This document shows positions 49,976-50,733 of a stretch of 50,733 nucleotides of DNA, piece by piece. Location: positions 24,356,608 to 24,407,340 of the forward strand of contig NC_068992.1 of NCBI RefSeq assembly GCF_001194135.2. Direction: 5' to 3'. A program made the translations under genes and the position numbers. Source of the DNA: Octopus bimaculoides. Taxonomy: Eukaryota. How positions within the stretch are numbered: position 1 is the stretch's first letter; every line of letters begins with the position of its first letter. The notes beneath the pieces are model-generated. The model had not been told where the DNA came from, did not search any database, and was given only the letters and a program-made list of their open reading frames with translations.

Positions 49976-50733
49976 TAAGGAGATATTTATGCATGAATGT
50001 GCAGAACTGAGCTCTAACATTAAATTTTGTATTTAGTTAATTCTAAATGAACACCGCATATATTTTTTTGACAGTAAAATTAAGCAAACACACACACACA
50101 CATGCACACACATTAATATGCATGCACACAAACTTCTTTAATTAATAATTAATATAATATTTAAGATCTTATAAAAATTTTCCATAGTAAATATAGGCAG
50201 CTATTTTTTTTCACATGTCCAGGTAAACGTTCAGCTCTTTCTCTCAAATTATTATGCAAACTTGTTAATAAAAATTGAAAAATATTCATACACATACACA
50301 TGCACACATATACATGGAGGCATAATTTGATACAAATATTTTTATGAATCAAAAGGAATTATTATATTTGGAGTGATCTGAGTTATGAAAGAGTCTATGC
50401 AATTGAATATTGGAAGAAACTGCTATCATAAAAACATCTGTAATAATATTTCCAAAATTGATTAGGGTTTTGCTGATAGCATGTAAATCCTATTTATCTA
50501 CCAACCAATCTATCTATCTATCTATCTATCCATCTATCTATTTATACACATGAAAAGACAAACACAGGCACATATATACATAAACATAATACATACAAGC
50601 ACACACACAAACATATATATATAAATAAAATTACGATAAATGTAAACAAACTGTTTGTTTTTTAGAAGCATTGAATTGTGTATTTATCTATCTATCTATT
50701 TATATACCTATCTATCTACCTATCTATCTACCT

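Overview
Repeat-rich, AT-rich animal genomic DNA, most consistent with an octopod cephalopod draft assembly (inference from SINE types, microsatellite density and N gaps). The only supportable protein-coding sequence is two minus-strand exons (44460-44584 and 36387-36597). They splice in phase into one complete Ig domain of a dpr/DIP/zig-8/lachesin-type cell-surface protein. The rest of the window is probably intronic. It holds dozens of tRNA-derived SINEs, an R4/Dong-type and an RTE LINE fragment, mariner remnants, Helentron-type and TTAA-type non-autonomous elements, and microsatellites. Nearly all other entries in the ORF track are microsatellite or gap artefacts. The most notable signal is a set of minimal type I hammerhead ribozyme (HHR) motifs from four unrelated sequence families. 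Two of those families are head-to-head palindromic elements with an HHR in each arm reading outward. One of them has back-to-back tRNA-type Pol III heads at its centre and 12-14 bp target-site duplications at two independent loci. The best-preserved HHR cores all lie antisense to the host gene. Coordinates of diverged repeats are approximate, identities are by eye, and whether these families are already in repeat libraries could not be checked.
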